A stretch of 64,000 nt of DNA. Origin: an uncultured Gemmatimonadaceae bacterium (GTDB lineage: Bacteria; Gemmatimonadota; Gemmatimonadetes; Gemmatimonadales; Gemmatimonadaceae). A model generated the notes under the pieces. That model made no database searches. It saw nothing but the letters and a program-made list of their open reading frames with translations, and was not told the origin of the DNA. The stretch spans positions 32,001-96,000 of the forward strand of contig CAWGJO010000033.1 of the NCBI GenBank assembly GCA_963822945.1. Direction: 5' to 3'. Position numbers and translations under genes: made by a program. Positions within the stretch are counted from its first letter, which is position 1; every line of letters starts with the position of its first letter. Positions 21,251 to 31,928 of this stretch are shown one piece after another.

Positions 21251-21449
21251 CCGCGCCCCTGCTCCCGCGTGCGATCGGGCAATCGGGGGATCGGTCCTTT
21301 ACAGGCCGCCGAAGGATCGCTTAACGTCAAAGGACTGGGCTTTCCGGCGCGCGAGCCGGGAGCTCGGAGCCGACGCTGACTCCGGCTCTTGCTGGCGTCC
21401 CGGGAGTGCCCTGCATCGGAAATCTCGATTCAACACACGGGAGGCAGGG

Positions 21450-21965
21450 ATGCGGCTCGATCAACACGGGTTCACTCGCGTTCGCCTGACGGGAGCGATC
21501 GCGGCGACGACGGCGATGCTGTTCGTGCTCGGCGCGTGCGGGGGCGGCGAGAAGAGCGCGGCCACCGACACCACCAGCGCCATGGCGGCGCCCACCGACA
21601 CCACGGCGGCGGCCGGTCAGATGGCGGCGGCGCCTGCCATGGGCGCACCCCCGGCCGGCGCGACGGCGGCCATGGTGAGCCTGGGTGACAGCATCTTCCA
21701 CGGCCAGGCGGCCGGCGGACTCTGCTTCACCTGCCACGGGGCGGATGCCAAGGGTGGACCGCTGGCGCCGAACCTCACCGATACCGCCTGGCTCACAGGT
21801 GACGGCAGCTATGCCTTCATTCAGAAGCGCGTGACCGAAGGCATGCCCAAGCCCACCGCGCCCTATACGGCGCCGATGCTGCCCATGGGCGGCGCGACGC
21901 TGACGCCCGACCAGATCAAGGCCGTGGCTGCCTACGTGTACACGCTCAGCCACCACGGAAGCTGA
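21450..21965 (+). CDS. Monoheme cytochrome c lipoprotein
   Basis: Lipobox LGAC; Ala/Thr linker; CFTCH; PNLTD; distal MLPMGG. Confidence 0.9.
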   Translation: MRLDQHGFTRVRLTGAIAATTAMLFVLGACGGGEKSAATDTTSAMAAPTDTTAAAGQMAAAPAMGAPPAGATAAMVSLGDSIFHGQAAGGLCFTCHGADAKGGPLAPNLTDTAWLTGDGSYAFIQKRVTEGMPKPTAPYTAPMLPMGGATLTPDQIKAVAAYVYTLSHHGS

Positions 21966-21973
21966 ACGTCGCC

Positions 21974-22001
21974 GGGGACTCCCGGTTCGCCGGGAGTCCC
22001 C
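21974..22001. terminator. Hairpin between convergent genes
   Basis: GGGGACTCCCGG-TTCG-CCGGGAGTCCCC, perfect 12-bp stem. Confidence 0.7.
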
Positions 22002-22031
22002 GCGCCGCGGGCGTTCGCCCGCGGCCGGCCG

Positions 22032-23094
22032 TCAGGCGGAGAGTTGGCCGCGAAGCTCGGCGCGCACGACGGGCAGAGACTCCGGGTGGCGCTCCTGCAG
22101 GTAGGCCACGAGCTGCTCGCGCACCAGGCAGCGCAGATCCCACGCCTTCGACGAGTCGGAGGCGCTCATCAGCGCGCGGATCTCCACCGTCTGCTCCTTG
22201 GAGTCGGTCACCTGCACGTTCCACACCTTTCCGTCCCACAGGTCGGTGGTGCCGAGGATGCGGTGCACCTCCTGGCGTAGCTCCTCCACCGGCACGCGGT
22301 AGTCGGTGTACACGAACACGCTGCCGATGATGTCGGCGCTGGTGCGCGTCCAGTTCTGGAACGGGTGCTCGATGAAGTAGCTGAGCGGCACCACCAGCCG
22401 CCGGAGATCCCAGATCCGGACCACGACGTAGGTGGTGCGGATCTCCTCGATGCGCCCCCACTCGCCCTCGACGATCACGACGTCGTCGATCCGGATGGGC
22501 TCGGTGAGCACGAGCTGCACGCCGGCGATGAGATTGGCCAGGGTGGGGCGCGCCGCGAGGCCGACCACCAACCCCGCCAGCCCGGCCGACGCCAGAATGC
22601 TGTCGCCGATGTGCCGGATGGTGGGGAAGGTCATGAGGATGATCGCCGTGGCGACGATCGTGACGATCACGATCGCGATGCGGCGCAGCACGCGGATCTG
22701 CGTGAGGACGCTCCGCGCGCGCAGGTTGTCGGCAACGTCCATCGGAAAGCGCTCGGCCACCAGATCGTCCACCACCGAGAACATCGCGATCAGCAGCCAC
22801 GCGCCGGCGGCGATGAGCAGCACGCCCAGGGTGTGGCGGAGCGCCGCCTCCGTGTCGGCCGAAAGCTGCAGGCCGGGCAGTACGAACAGGATGGCCGCCA
22901 ACGGAAAGAGCACGCGCGTGGGGCGTCGCGCGTGGTTCACGACCGATTCGTCGAACTTGGTCGCGGTCATCCGCGTGAGCCGGAGCGCTACGCGGTTGAG
23001 CACGGCATGCGCGGCGAGCGCCAACAGCCGGAGCCGCAACGACGACGACGAGCGACCAGACCCAGTGGTGGGATGGGTGAAGGAAATCGGCCAT
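22032..23094 (-). CDS. MscS-family mechanosensitive channel; frameshift near 23030
   Basis: ASAGLAGLVVGLAA, PIRIDDVVIVEGEWGRIEEI, WDLRRLVVPL; N-terminal MADFLHP is in the adjacent frame. Confidence 0.88.
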
Positions 23095-23245
23095 GGCACC
23101 TCCGGAAATCGAGACGGGAACTTGGAGCGACACCGTCGGAGTAATGGGCCGTTGGCCCGGTGGATGCAACCGCCGGGGAAAAACGAACGCGGGCGGCGAC
23201 TCACCGTGAGTCACCGCCCGCGCTCACCATCGGGTCAGCGTGGCG

Positions 23246-25333
23246 CTATCCGTGACACGCCGCGCCGCCGAAGCGGCCGCCGAATCCGCGGCCCGCGGGC
23301 TCGGCGGGCGCCGGTTGCCGCGGCCAGGTGTTGTCCTCCACGTCCTTGTCCGGGAACCGGCAGTGCGGGTCGAGCACGATGCGCTCGATGCGCCGCGGCC
23401 CGAAGTCGAACGTCGCCTTGAACGTCCGGCTGCCGCCGAACCACACGTCCACCGGATAGGTGACCGTGGCCGTGGTGTCGTCCACGATCTTCGCGTTCGG
23501 CACTCGGCGCAGCGCCGGGCCGCCGGGCGCGAAGTGCACGTTGAGCACCACCGGCGACGGCATCTGTCCCGCCTGGTGCACGGTCACGGTCGTGCGGCCG
23601 CTCATCGCGCTCACGTTCTGGATGGATCCGTCCACCGCTTCGGTGGTGAACAGCCAGTAGTACCAGAACCAGCCGAGGTCGCGGTGCAGGGCGTTGTCCA
23701 TGAAGAAGGCGTAGTCCCACGGCGAGGGGTGCTTGAACCGCCAGGCGTGCGCGTACTCGCTCATCGCGTGCCACACCGCGCTGTCGCCAACGATGCCGCC
23801 GAGCATCGAGAGCATCATCGGCGCCTTGCTGTACGCCTGGAACGAATACATGGGGCCGCCGTAGTTGGCGTCCCACATCAACGTGCCCTCGCGCTCGTTG
23901 CCGCTCGTGCGGCCGTAGCTCTGGCCGGGCCCGTCCAGATCGGCCGGCCGTCGCTGCCGGTCGTCGCGCGACAGGATGTTCATGTACTGGTTGAATCCCT
24001 CGTCCATCCAACCGTACCAGGTCTCATTGGTGCCCAGCGTCATCGGCCACCATTCGTGTCCGGTCTCGTGATCCGACGCGCCCGTGCTCGACATGATGAA
24101 CATCGGGTACTCCATGCCGAGTTCCGGACCGTCCACCATGGTCATGGTCGGGAACGCATACGGGAGCCAGAGTTTGGAGTAGAACTCCAGCGCGTGGGCC
24201 ACCGTGGGCCCGGCGTCGGCGTACTGCGGCGTGTGGCCCGGCAGGTACATGATGTTGATGGGCACGTTCTTGCCCGAACCCGGAATCACGGCGTGGAAGC
24301 CGTCCCAGACGAACTGATCCGACGTGGCCCAGGCCACGTCGCCGGCCGTGTCGGCCACGAAGTGCCACACCAGCCGGTCGCCGGCGGCCGTCGCCTTGCC
24401 CGGCCCGAACTGGTCGGGACTCAGGATGCGCACCGTCGAGTCGGCGGTGAGCGCCCGCTGGAGGCCTGCCCGCTCGTCGGCAGTGTACACCTCGTCAGGA
24501 TTCTGAAGGATGCCGGTGGCACCCACCAGCCAGCCTGCGGGCACGTCGAGCTTCACATCGAAGTGGCCGAAGTTGTTGTAGAACTCGGATGGGCCGAGAT
24601 ACGGCTCGGTGTCCCAGCCACCCTGGCGCAGGTCGTCGAACACCATGACCCGCGGGTACCACTGGCCCACCTGGTAGAGGGTGTCCCCCCAGGCTCCCAT
24701 GCGGATGCCACGAGTGGGCGAAACGACCTTGGGCACGGTGAAGTGCCAGTCGGCGTCGAGGGTGAAGCTCCCGTGGGCCGGCACCGGCTCCGGCAGGGTG
24801 ATCCCGGCCACCGTCTGCGACATGTCGTAGGCGGCCAGTTCAACCGGGGGCGGAGCCGCGCCGCGTCCGCCGCGCCCGAACCGCCGCGGCGGGCCTCCCT
24901 GGTTGAGCGCCACCGGCTTTCCGTCCACGCTGAGCGCCGTCACCTGCATGCCGTCGGTGATGTCCGTGACCACCTCGGCCTTCGGCACGTTGGCGGCGAA
25001 CAGATTCTGATCGAGACGCAGCATGATGGTGCGCATCTCGTCGGGCCCGTTGTTGTGCACCACCACGTGCTCGTGTCCGGTCACCAGCCCCGTGGCCGGA
25101 TCGAAGCGGGCGTTGATCGTGTAGTCGGTCCAGAGCTGCCAGTAGTTGGGGCCCGGACGCCCGGTGCTGTCGCGGGTGCCGGCGGCAAAGGCCCGCTGGA
25201 TCATGTCGGTCATCGGGATGTCGTGCCGGATGGCACGCTCCGGATACTTCGGAGTCGCCTGAGCGAGGCTGGCAGCGGGGAGCGCCGCCAGCGCGCCCAG
25301 CGCGGCCAGGGCGGCGAAGGTTCGTGAGCGCAT
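23246..25333 (-). CDS. Secreted M1 family metallopeptidase
   Basis: Signal peptide; GMEYPM, HETGHEWW..MDEG; RBS-like GGAG upstream of the start. Confidence 0.88.
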   Translation of the reverse strand: MRSRTFAALAALGALAALPAASLAQATPKYPERAIRHDIPMTDMIQRAFAAGTRDSTGRPGPNYWQLWTDYTINARFDPATGLVTGHEHVVVHNNGPDEMRTIMLRLDQNLFAANVPKAEVVTDITDGMQVTALSVDGKPVALNQGGPPRRFGRGGRGAAPPPVELAAYDMSQTVAGITLPEPVPAHGSFTLDADWHFTVPKVVSPTRGIRMGAWGDTLYQVGQWYPRVMVFDDLRQGGWDTEPYLGPSEFYNNFGHFDVKLDVPAGWLVGATGILQNPDEVYTADERAGLQRALTADSTVRILSPDQFGPGKATAAGDRLVWHFVADTAGDVAWATSDQFVWDGFHAVIPGSGKNVPINIMYLPGHTPQYADAGPTVAHALEFYSKLWLPYAFPTMTMVDGPELGMEYPMFIMSSTGASDHETGHEWWPMTLGTNETWYGWMDEGFNQYMNILSRDDRQRRPADLDGPGQSYGRTSGNEREGTLMWDANYGGPMYSFQAYSKAPMMLSMLGGIVGDSAVWHAMSEYAHAWRFKHPSPWDYAFFMDNALHRDLGWFWYYWLFTTEAVDGSIQNVSAMSGRTTVTVHQAGQMPSPVVLNVHFAPGGPALRRVPNAKIVDDTTATVTYPVDVWFGGSRTFKATFDFGPRRIERIVLDPHCRFPDKDVEDNTWPRQPAPAEPAGRGFGGRFGGAACHG

Positions 25334-25443
25334 CGAAACTCCTGATCGGGGGTCCATCACGAGCCCGGCCGGAACGCCGGGTTCACCAGAAATACCATGC
25401 GGTACTACATATTGAAAGGGACGCCAACCCCGAGGCCGAATTC

Positions 25444-26145
25444 ATGGAGCCCCCCGCCCGACACCGCGAAACGCATCGCACCGACCGCATCGGCTGGCTG
25501 CGCGCCGCCGTGCTCGGCGCCAACGACGGCATCGTCTCCACGGCGAGCCTCGTGGTGGGCGTGGCGGCCGCCAGTGCCGCGCATGCCGATATTCTCCTGG
25601 CGGGCATTGCCGGGCTCGTGGCCGGGGCCATGTCGATGGCCGCCGGCGAGTACGTGTCGGTGAAGTCGCAGGCCGAGACCGAGCAGGCCGACCTGGCGCG
25701 CGAGCGGTCCGAGTTGAAGGGCGACCCGGAAGTGGAGCATGTCGAGCTGGCCGGGATCTACGTGAAGCGGGGGCTCGAGCCGGCGCTGGCGCGCCAGGTA
25801 GCCGACCAACTCATGGCGCACGATGCGCTCGGCGCGCACGCGCGCGACGAACTCGGCATCTCGGAGGTCGTCACGGCCAAGCCCATCCAGGCGGCGCTGG
25901 CGTCGGCGGGCAGCTTCGCGGTGGGCGCGGCGATGCCGCTGCTCACCACCTGGCTCGCGCCGGTAACGCGCGTGATCCCACTCGTGATCGCGGGCTCGCT
26001 GGTATTTCTGGCTCTGCTGGGGGCGGTTGCGGCGCGCACGGGAGGGGCGCCGGTGGTGCGAGGCGCCATCCGGGTGACCTTCTGGGGCGCGCTCGCCATG
26101 GCGATCACCGCGGGCGTGGGGCACTTGTTCGGGACCGTCGTCTAG
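25444..26145 (+). CDS. VIT1/CCC1 family Fe/Mn transporter
   Basis: WLRAAVLGANDGIVS, AGAMSMAAGEYVSV, HARDELG. Confidence 0.95.
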   Translation: MEPPARHRETHRTDRIGWLRAAVLGANDGIVSTASLVVGVAAASAAHADILLAGIAGLVAGAMSMAAGEYVSVKSQAETEQADLARERSELKGDPEVEHVELAGIYVKRGLEPALARQVADQLMAHDALGAHARDELGISEVVTAKPIQAALASAGSFAVGAAMPLLTTWLAPVTRVIPLVIAGSLVFLALLGAVAARTGGAPVVRGAIRVTFWGALAMAITAGVGHLFGTVV

Positions 26146-26178
26146 CGCGGTTCCCCAACCGCGGGCACCGCCCCGGGG

Positions 26179-26547
26179 TCAGGTCTCGCCGGCGAGCGCC
26201 TCGAGCGTCGACTTCAGTTGCTGCGTCGTGGTCGGCTTGCCGAGGAACTCGGCGGCGCCCGCGTCGAACGCGGCCTGCCGGGCTGTGGGGTCGGTGGTGC
26301 CGCTCAGCACGATCACCGGGATGTGGGCGGTCTTGCTCGAGGCCCGCAGCTTCTCGAGCGCGCCCATCCCCGTGCCCCCCGGCATGTTGAGGTCGAGGAG
26401 GATCGCGTCGGGATGCGGCGAGCGCATGGCGAGCATCAGCGTCTGCATGGCATCGAACGCCGGCATCGGCCGGTGGCCGAGTCCGCGCACCATGGCGCAG
26501 ATGGTCTGCGACGTTACCTGGTCGTCTTCGGCTACGAGTATTCGCAC
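26179..26547 (-). CDS. Single-domain response regulator
   Basis: RILVAEDD, ILLDLNMPG, PVIVLSG, FLGKP; start codon uncertain. Confidence 0.85.
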   Translation of the reverse strand: MRILVAEDDQVTSQTICAMVRGLGHRPMPAFDAMQTLMLAMRSPHPDAILLDLNMPGGTGMGALEKLRASSKTAHIPVIVLSGTTDPTARQAAFDAGAAEFLGKPTTTQQLKSTLEALAGET

Positions 26548-26598
26548 CGGCCGCACTCCGGTCGAGAGCCAAACCACGGCCATCGCCGGCCGCACCAT

Positions 26599-27660
26599 TC
26601 AAAACTGGCGGGTGGACGCTCCCCGCGCCAGCGCGGCCCAGAGTGTCGGATCTTCCGTGCCGAGCACCCAGACCGAGTAGCCGCGCAGATGGTACTGCGA
26701 GACGAGCGCCAGCTTGTCCATGAAAGCGCGGGTATTCTCGATCCACAGGTAGCGGAACACCCCGTTCTCGCTCCACACGGCGTAGGGTGATTTCTGGACA
26801 CTGTCCCACACGGCGTGCACGCGGTTGGCGGTGAGCAGACTCTCGGCGCGCACGTACGGGACGTCGCGCCCGCGCATGCGGGAGCCCTCCTTCTCGGTGT
26901 ACGACGGGAACCACCAGTCCGAATACGACGGAATGCCGAGCGATATCTTGGACGGCGGCACGCCGAGGGCGAGCAGGTGCCGCAGGCACGCCTCCATCCA
27001 CGGATAGCCGGCCACCGGGCCGGCCGGCGATCCGCCCGTGTGTTCGGCGTACGTCATGTACGAGATGAAGTCGAGCGTGTCGGCCAGCGCCTTGTAGTCG
27101 TAGACGCCGCGCCAGTTAGCGAAGATCCACCGGTCGTAGCTGTTGGTGCCGGGATCGTCGCTCGCCCGGGGCACCACGGCGGCGGAGAGCGTGCACCCGG
27201 CGTGGTGCACCGAGTCCACCGCTTCGCGGACGAAGGCGGTGAACCGGTGCTTGTCGAACACGTTCACGTTCTCAAGGTCGAACTGGATTCCGTCCAGGTG
27301 CTGCGTGCGGCAGAGCGCGGCGAGACTGCGCATCGCGCGGCGCCACGCGGTCCGATTGGTGAGCACGTGATGAATGGCGGGCTGGCTGAACCCGGGGTTC
27401 ATCACGAGCGGCACGAGCTTCACGTGGTGTTCGTGGGCGGCGGCGACGACGCGCGGGTCGATGCGGCCGGTGATGCGCCCGTTGGACTGGAGCGCGAACA
27501 CCTGCGGGGCGACGACGTCGATCTGACTGGCGTGCTCGACGAAGTGCACCGTGCTGGAGTCGGCGCCGGTGGAGTACCAGAGGGCTTCGGGGTGCTGCGC
27601 TTGGGCCCCGGTGGAGATCAGGGCGAGGGCGAGGAGGGGGGCGCCGAGGGAGGGACGCAT
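26599..27660 (-). CDS. Secreted GH18 glycoside hydrolase
   Basis: Signal peptide; LDGIQFDLE, YMTY, KISLGIPSY, SVWVLGTED. Confidence 0.85.
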   Translation of the reverse strand: MRPSLGAPLLALALISTGAQAQHPEALWYSTGADSSTVHFVEHASQIDVVAPQVFALQSNGRITGRIDPRVVAAAHEHHVKLVPLVMNPGFSQPAIHHVLTNRTAWRRAMRSLAALCRTQHLDGIQFDLENVNVFDKHRFTAFVREAVDSVHHAGCTLSAAVVPRASDDPGTNSYDRWIFANWRGVYDYKALADTLDFISYMTYAEHTGGSPAGPVAGYPWMEACLRHLLALGVPPSKISLGIPSYSDWWFPSYTEKEGSRMRGRDVPYVRAESLLTANRVHAVWDSVQKSPYAVWSENGVFRYLWIENTRAFMDKLALVSQYHLRGYSVWVLGTEDPTLWAALARGASTRQF

Positions 27661-27662
27661 TG

Positions 27663-27852
27663 GACGGGCGGTGGGTCGGTGGGTCGGTGGGTCGGACGTC
27701 GGACAGTCGGACAGTCGGACAGTCGGACAGTCAAACGGCGGAACGGAGAAACCGCGGAACCACGAAACGGCGCAAGGGCGAAAGGGCGCAAGGGCGAAAC
27801 GGCGAAACGGCGAAAGGGCGAAACGGCGCAACGGCGCAACCGCGAAAGGGCG
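27663..27852 (+). repeat. Compound 8-nt-register array of about 24 units in three sequence families
   Basis: GTGGGTCG x3, GACAGTCG-type x5, then 15 units such as AAACGGCG, CAAGGGCG and AAAGGGCG. Confidence 0.9.
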
Positions 27853-27906
27853 GGCTGTCGGAGCGTAGATGAGGCGCACATAATAGAGCGCCCAATCAGA
27901 ACCGCA

Positions 27907-28371
27907 ATGACTTCCGAGCCCAACTCCCCCGGTCCCGACCAAGTGTTCCGCTCCAGGGTCGATCTCTGGCTCGTGCTGGTGGCGCTGGTGGCATCCGTCG
28001 GCGGACTTGCGGTCGCCATGGCGAGCCCGTCCACCAACGCCGGGCTCGGCAGGGGGGTCGGGATCGGGATCACGGGCGGTACGGGCCTGTTGGTCGTCCT
28101 GCTGTTCTGGTGGACCTACCGGTCCACCGCCTACACGCTCGACGACGACACGCTCGACGTGCGGTGCGGAGGCCTGCACTGGCACGTTGCCTGCCGCGAC
28201 ATCACGCGCGTGGAATATTCAGGAAACGTACTTTCTGCGCCCGCGCTCTCGTTGCGCCGGTTGAAGGTGTGCTACGGGAAATCCGGGTGGCTGTTGATCT
28301 CGCCGCAGGACCGCGAGGCGTTCATCGCGGCCCTGCAGCGGCGGGTGCCGGGCCTGGTGGTCAAGCGGTAG
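27907..28371 (+). CDS. Bacterial PH-domain membrane protein
   Basis: VFRSRVDLWL, two TM helices, SAPALSLRRL, LISPQDREAF. Confidence 0.8.
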   Translation: MTSEPNSPGPDQVFRSRVDLWLVLVALVASVGGLAVAMASPSTNAGLGRGVGIGITGGTGLLVVLLFWWTYRSTAYTLDDDTLDVRCGGLHWHVACRDITRVEYSGNVLSAPALSLRRLKVCYGKSGWLLISPQDREAFIAALQRRVPGLVVKR

Positions 28372-28428
28372 GCGGTGCCGATCCCGGTTTGAGACCGGCA
28401 GCACCGCGCTCCCCGCGGGCCCCCGCGC

Positions 28429-30292
28429 TCAGTGCGAACGATCGTTGGGACGCAGGTCGTCGAGGATCGGGTGGTCGAGTCCCTGGAGCGTGGAATGTTC
28501 CGGCGCGAGCAGGTCGAACACCACGACGTCGTTGCGACCCGCACGCAGCCACGGTCCCGGCACGTAGAGCGTCTGCTCCGGACCGATGCCCCAGAAGCGC
28601 CCGAGCTGGTGGCCGTTCACCCAGACGGTGCCCTTGCCCCAGTCGCGCATGTCGAGAAAGGTGTCGCCGGTGCGGGTGAGATCGAACGCTCCGACGTAGA
28701 ACCCCGCCGTCTGCATCGGCTCGAACGACATCATCCGGATCGACCGCTGGCACTCGACGGCACCCGTCACCTGGCAGTCGAGCTCCGAGAGATCGCGCAT
28801 GGGGAATGTGTACACGTTCCAGCCGGTGAGCTCGCGCCCCGCCAGCGTCACGCGGTGCGTGATGCCCTTCTCCTCGTAGCGCAGCGGCCTGGCGAAGTTC
28901 ACGCGCCCGCTGTTCTCGACCAGAATCGAGAGACGGGCGTGCGCCGGCACGACGATCGGCATGCTGTCCTCGCCCAACCGGCGGTCGAGCGTGCCTTTCA
29001 GCACGTCGTCCACGTAGACCTGCGCATAGTCGCGCACGTCGCGGATGACGAGCTCGCCACTCGCCGAATCTCCCACTGTCGTGCGGTACAGGATGTAGCC
29101 ATACGACTGGCCGAAGCTCTCCATGTTGCGCGGGTGCTGCGACGCGCACCGGCTTCGGAAGGTGGTCGAAGATCGACGCGATCGGCACGAGGTCGAACGC
29201 CGGCACCGCTATCGGCGCCGGCGTCTCCGGCACCGGCGGCGGGGTCACACCCGTGGCCTTGGCGATCGCGTCGCGGAACATGAAGTACTTGGGCGTCGGC
29301 CGGCCCGGACTCGTCGAGCGCCGCGTCGTAGTCGTAGCTCGACGTCTGCGGGTGGTAGTGCCCGCCGTCGATGTTGGCGCCGTTCATGAACCCCGGCGTC
29401 GTGCCGCCGTGGAACATGTAGATGCTCACCGAATAGCCGCGGTCGAGCATCCAGCTCAGTTCCTTCGTCTGCCGCGCCGCGTTGGTGGTGTGGTGCGGCT
29501 GCCCCCACTGATCGAACCAGCCGGCCCAGTATTCGCCGCTCATCAACGGCTCGCCGGGTTTGAAGCGCGCGAGCCGCGCGAACGCGCTGTCCGCCTCGCC
29601 GGGGCCGAAGTTCACCACCGCCGGCAACTCGGGGAGGGTGCCGTTGGGCAACTGCACGTCGCCGTCGGCAGTGAACAGGTACACGTCGTTGAACCCGGCG
29701 TGCCGCAGCGCGCCGAGCTGCCAGCGCAGGTAGTCCTTGTCCTTGCCGAACGAGCCGTACTCGTTCTCCACCTGCACGGCGATGATCGGACCGCCGCGGC
29801 TGGCCAGGAAGGGCGTCACCACCTTGCCGAGCGTGTCGAGCCACGCCTCGGCGGGCTTGGTGAACTTCGGATCGGTGCTGCGCAGCACGATGCTCGTGTC
29901 GGCGAACAGCCATCCCGGGTATCCGCCCAGCTCCCACTCCGCGCACACGTACGGTCCCGGGCGCAGGATCACGTGCAGCCCCACCTGTTGCGCCGTCCGC
30001 AGATACTCGGCGATGTCGCGCTGACCCGAGAAGTCGAAATGGCCCGGCGTCGGCTCGTGGAAGTTCCAGAACACGTACGTCGTGATGGTGTTGAGGCCCA
30101 TCGCCTTGGCCTTCTCCATCCGGTCGCGCCAGTACTCGCGCGGCACGCGCGCGTAGTGCATGGAACCGGAGATGATCTGGAAGGGTTTACCGTTCAGAAC
30201 GAAGTGGCCGGAGTCGGCGGTCAACGGCCCGGTCTGTGCACGGGCCGTGGTGCCGAGGGCGATCAGGCAGAGCAGAGCAGGAGTCGGCGCAT
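28429..30292 (-). CDS. GH35 beta-galactosidase; frameshifts near 30265, 29300 and 29140
   Basis: SGSMHYAR, LRPGPYVCAEW, QVENEYG, GEYWAGWFD, YMFHGGT, TSYDYDA-like SSYDYDA; C-terminal WGKG..LGRFW.IGP in other frames. Confidence 0.9.
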
Positions 30293-30379
30293 GGGCAGAA
30301 GATACCTCACGGCGCTCCGCCCGTCAGCACGCCGCCACGGCGGTGAGAAACCACCGCGGCAGAGTCCGCCAGCACGTGC

Positions 30380-30530
30380 TCCGTTCAGTTCCGTTGTCCT
30401 CCGTTCGGTCCGTATCCGATTCGTAGAATGCCGAACGGCAGGGTTGCCGGTGGCGTCCGTGGGGCTCAACGGGGCAGGCGCCCACGAGTTTGGATACGGA
30501 CTGTACGGACCGGAACGGACCGGAACTGAG
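30380..30530. repeat. Gene-less inverted doublet of ACGGA-type arms (REPIN-like)
   Basis: TCAGTTCCG (30385-30393) pairs with CGGAACTGA (30521-30529); GTCCGTATCC pairs with GGATACGGAC; the right arm aligns with the GxxExxY arms. Confidence 0.7.
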
Positions 30531-30620
30531 AAGGCAGATGTGGCCTCACGCTCTGGTCGCGTCACCCGGGAAGCGGTACTATCTGGTATCTCCTATCTGC
30601 TCACCGCCCACCGAGTCGTC

Positions 30621-31920
30621 ATGCGCCGATACGGACCTCTGATCTGCACCGTCGCCCTCGCGTTCGTCCCGCTTTCACTGAGAGCCCAGCAGCTCTCGGC
30701 GAGCGAGCAAGCCATGGTGCGCGCCGTGGACGCGCACAACGCCGAGGCGCTGGCGCTGCTCCAACGCATCGTCGACATCAACAGCGGCACGATGAACTTC
30801 GCCGGCGTTCGCCAGGTGGCGGACGTACTGCGTCCCGAGTTCGATGCCCTCGGGTTCACGACGCGCTGGGTGGACGGTGCCTCGTTCGACCGTGCGGGAC
30901 ACCTGGTGGCCGAACATCCGGGGCCCGGGCCCAAGCTGCTTCTCATCGGCCACATGGACACGGTGTTCCCGGTGACGAGCACGTTTCAGCGCTGGACGCA
31001 GATCGACGACTCCACGGCCACCGGCCCGGGGATCATCGACATGAAGGGCGGCGACGTGATCATCCTCTATGCGCTGCGTGCGCTGAAGGACGCGGGCGCA
31101 GCTGGAGCGGATGAACGTGACCGTGGTGTTCGACGGCGACGAGGAGAATGCGGGCGCCCCGCTGTCGGCGGCGCGCCGGGCGCTCATCGACGCGGCAAAG
31201 GGGGCGAAGGCGGCCATCGGATTCGAGGACGGCGCGGCCGATCCGGCGACCGCCGTGATCTCCCGCCGCGGGGCGGGCAGCTGGACGCTCACCACCACCG
31301 GCAACGCCGGCCACTCGTCCCAGATCTTCCGGAGCGACATCGGCGCCGGTGCGGTGTTCGAGGCGTCACGCATTCTGAACGCCTTCTACACGCAGCTCCG
31401 GGGCGAGCGCTACCTGACCTTCAACCCCGGGCTGGCGCTCGGCGGCACAACGGTGGCGCTCGACAGCAACGCGGCCGCCGGCCGGGCGGCCGGCGAGCAC
31501 AACGTGGTGGCCGAGCACATGGTGGTGAGCGGCGACATCCGGACGCTGTCGCCGGCGCAACTCGCCGCCACGAAGCAGACCATGCGGGACATCGTGTCGC
31601 ACCATCTGCCGCAGACCAACGCCACCATCGCGTTCGACGACGGGTATCCGCCGATGGCGCCCACCGACGGCAACCGCCGGCTGCTGGCGCTGTACGACCA
31701 GGCCAGCCGGGACCTCGGGTTCGGCGGCGTGGCGGCGGTGGATCCCTCACGCGCCGGCGCCGCCGACGTGGCGTTCGTGGCCGATCAGGTGCCGATGGTC
31801 ATCGACGGCATCGGCCTGTCGGGACACGACGACCACAGCGAGAAGGAGACCGCGTATCTCAATTGGCTGCCGCGGCTGACCAAGCGTGCCGCGGTTCTGT
31901 TGCACCGACTTTCACAGTGA
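30621..31920 (+). CDS. Secreted M20 family peptidase (carboxypeptidase G2-like); frameshift near 31100
   Basis: LIGHMDTVF, GPGIIDMKGG, then GDEE, GFE, GHSS, GAAD and DHS in the second frame. Confidence 0.88.
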
Positions 31921-31928
31921 GCCACGCC

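Noticed and set aside
21251..21449. Possible riboswitch or sRNA upstream of the cytochrome c gene
   Set aside because: Only short GC-rich stems are visible and I recognise no known family motif; an Rfam search would be needed
27663..27852. CRISPR array interpretation of this and the other periodic arrays
   Set aside because: Units are 8 nt and contiguous, with no 23-47 bp repeats, no unique spacers and no cas genes
26599..28185. Long ORFs containing RLSDCPTV / VGQSDSRT peptide repeats
   Set aside because: They are read-through translations of the non-coding 8-bp arrays; the real genes start at nearby signal-peptide ATGs
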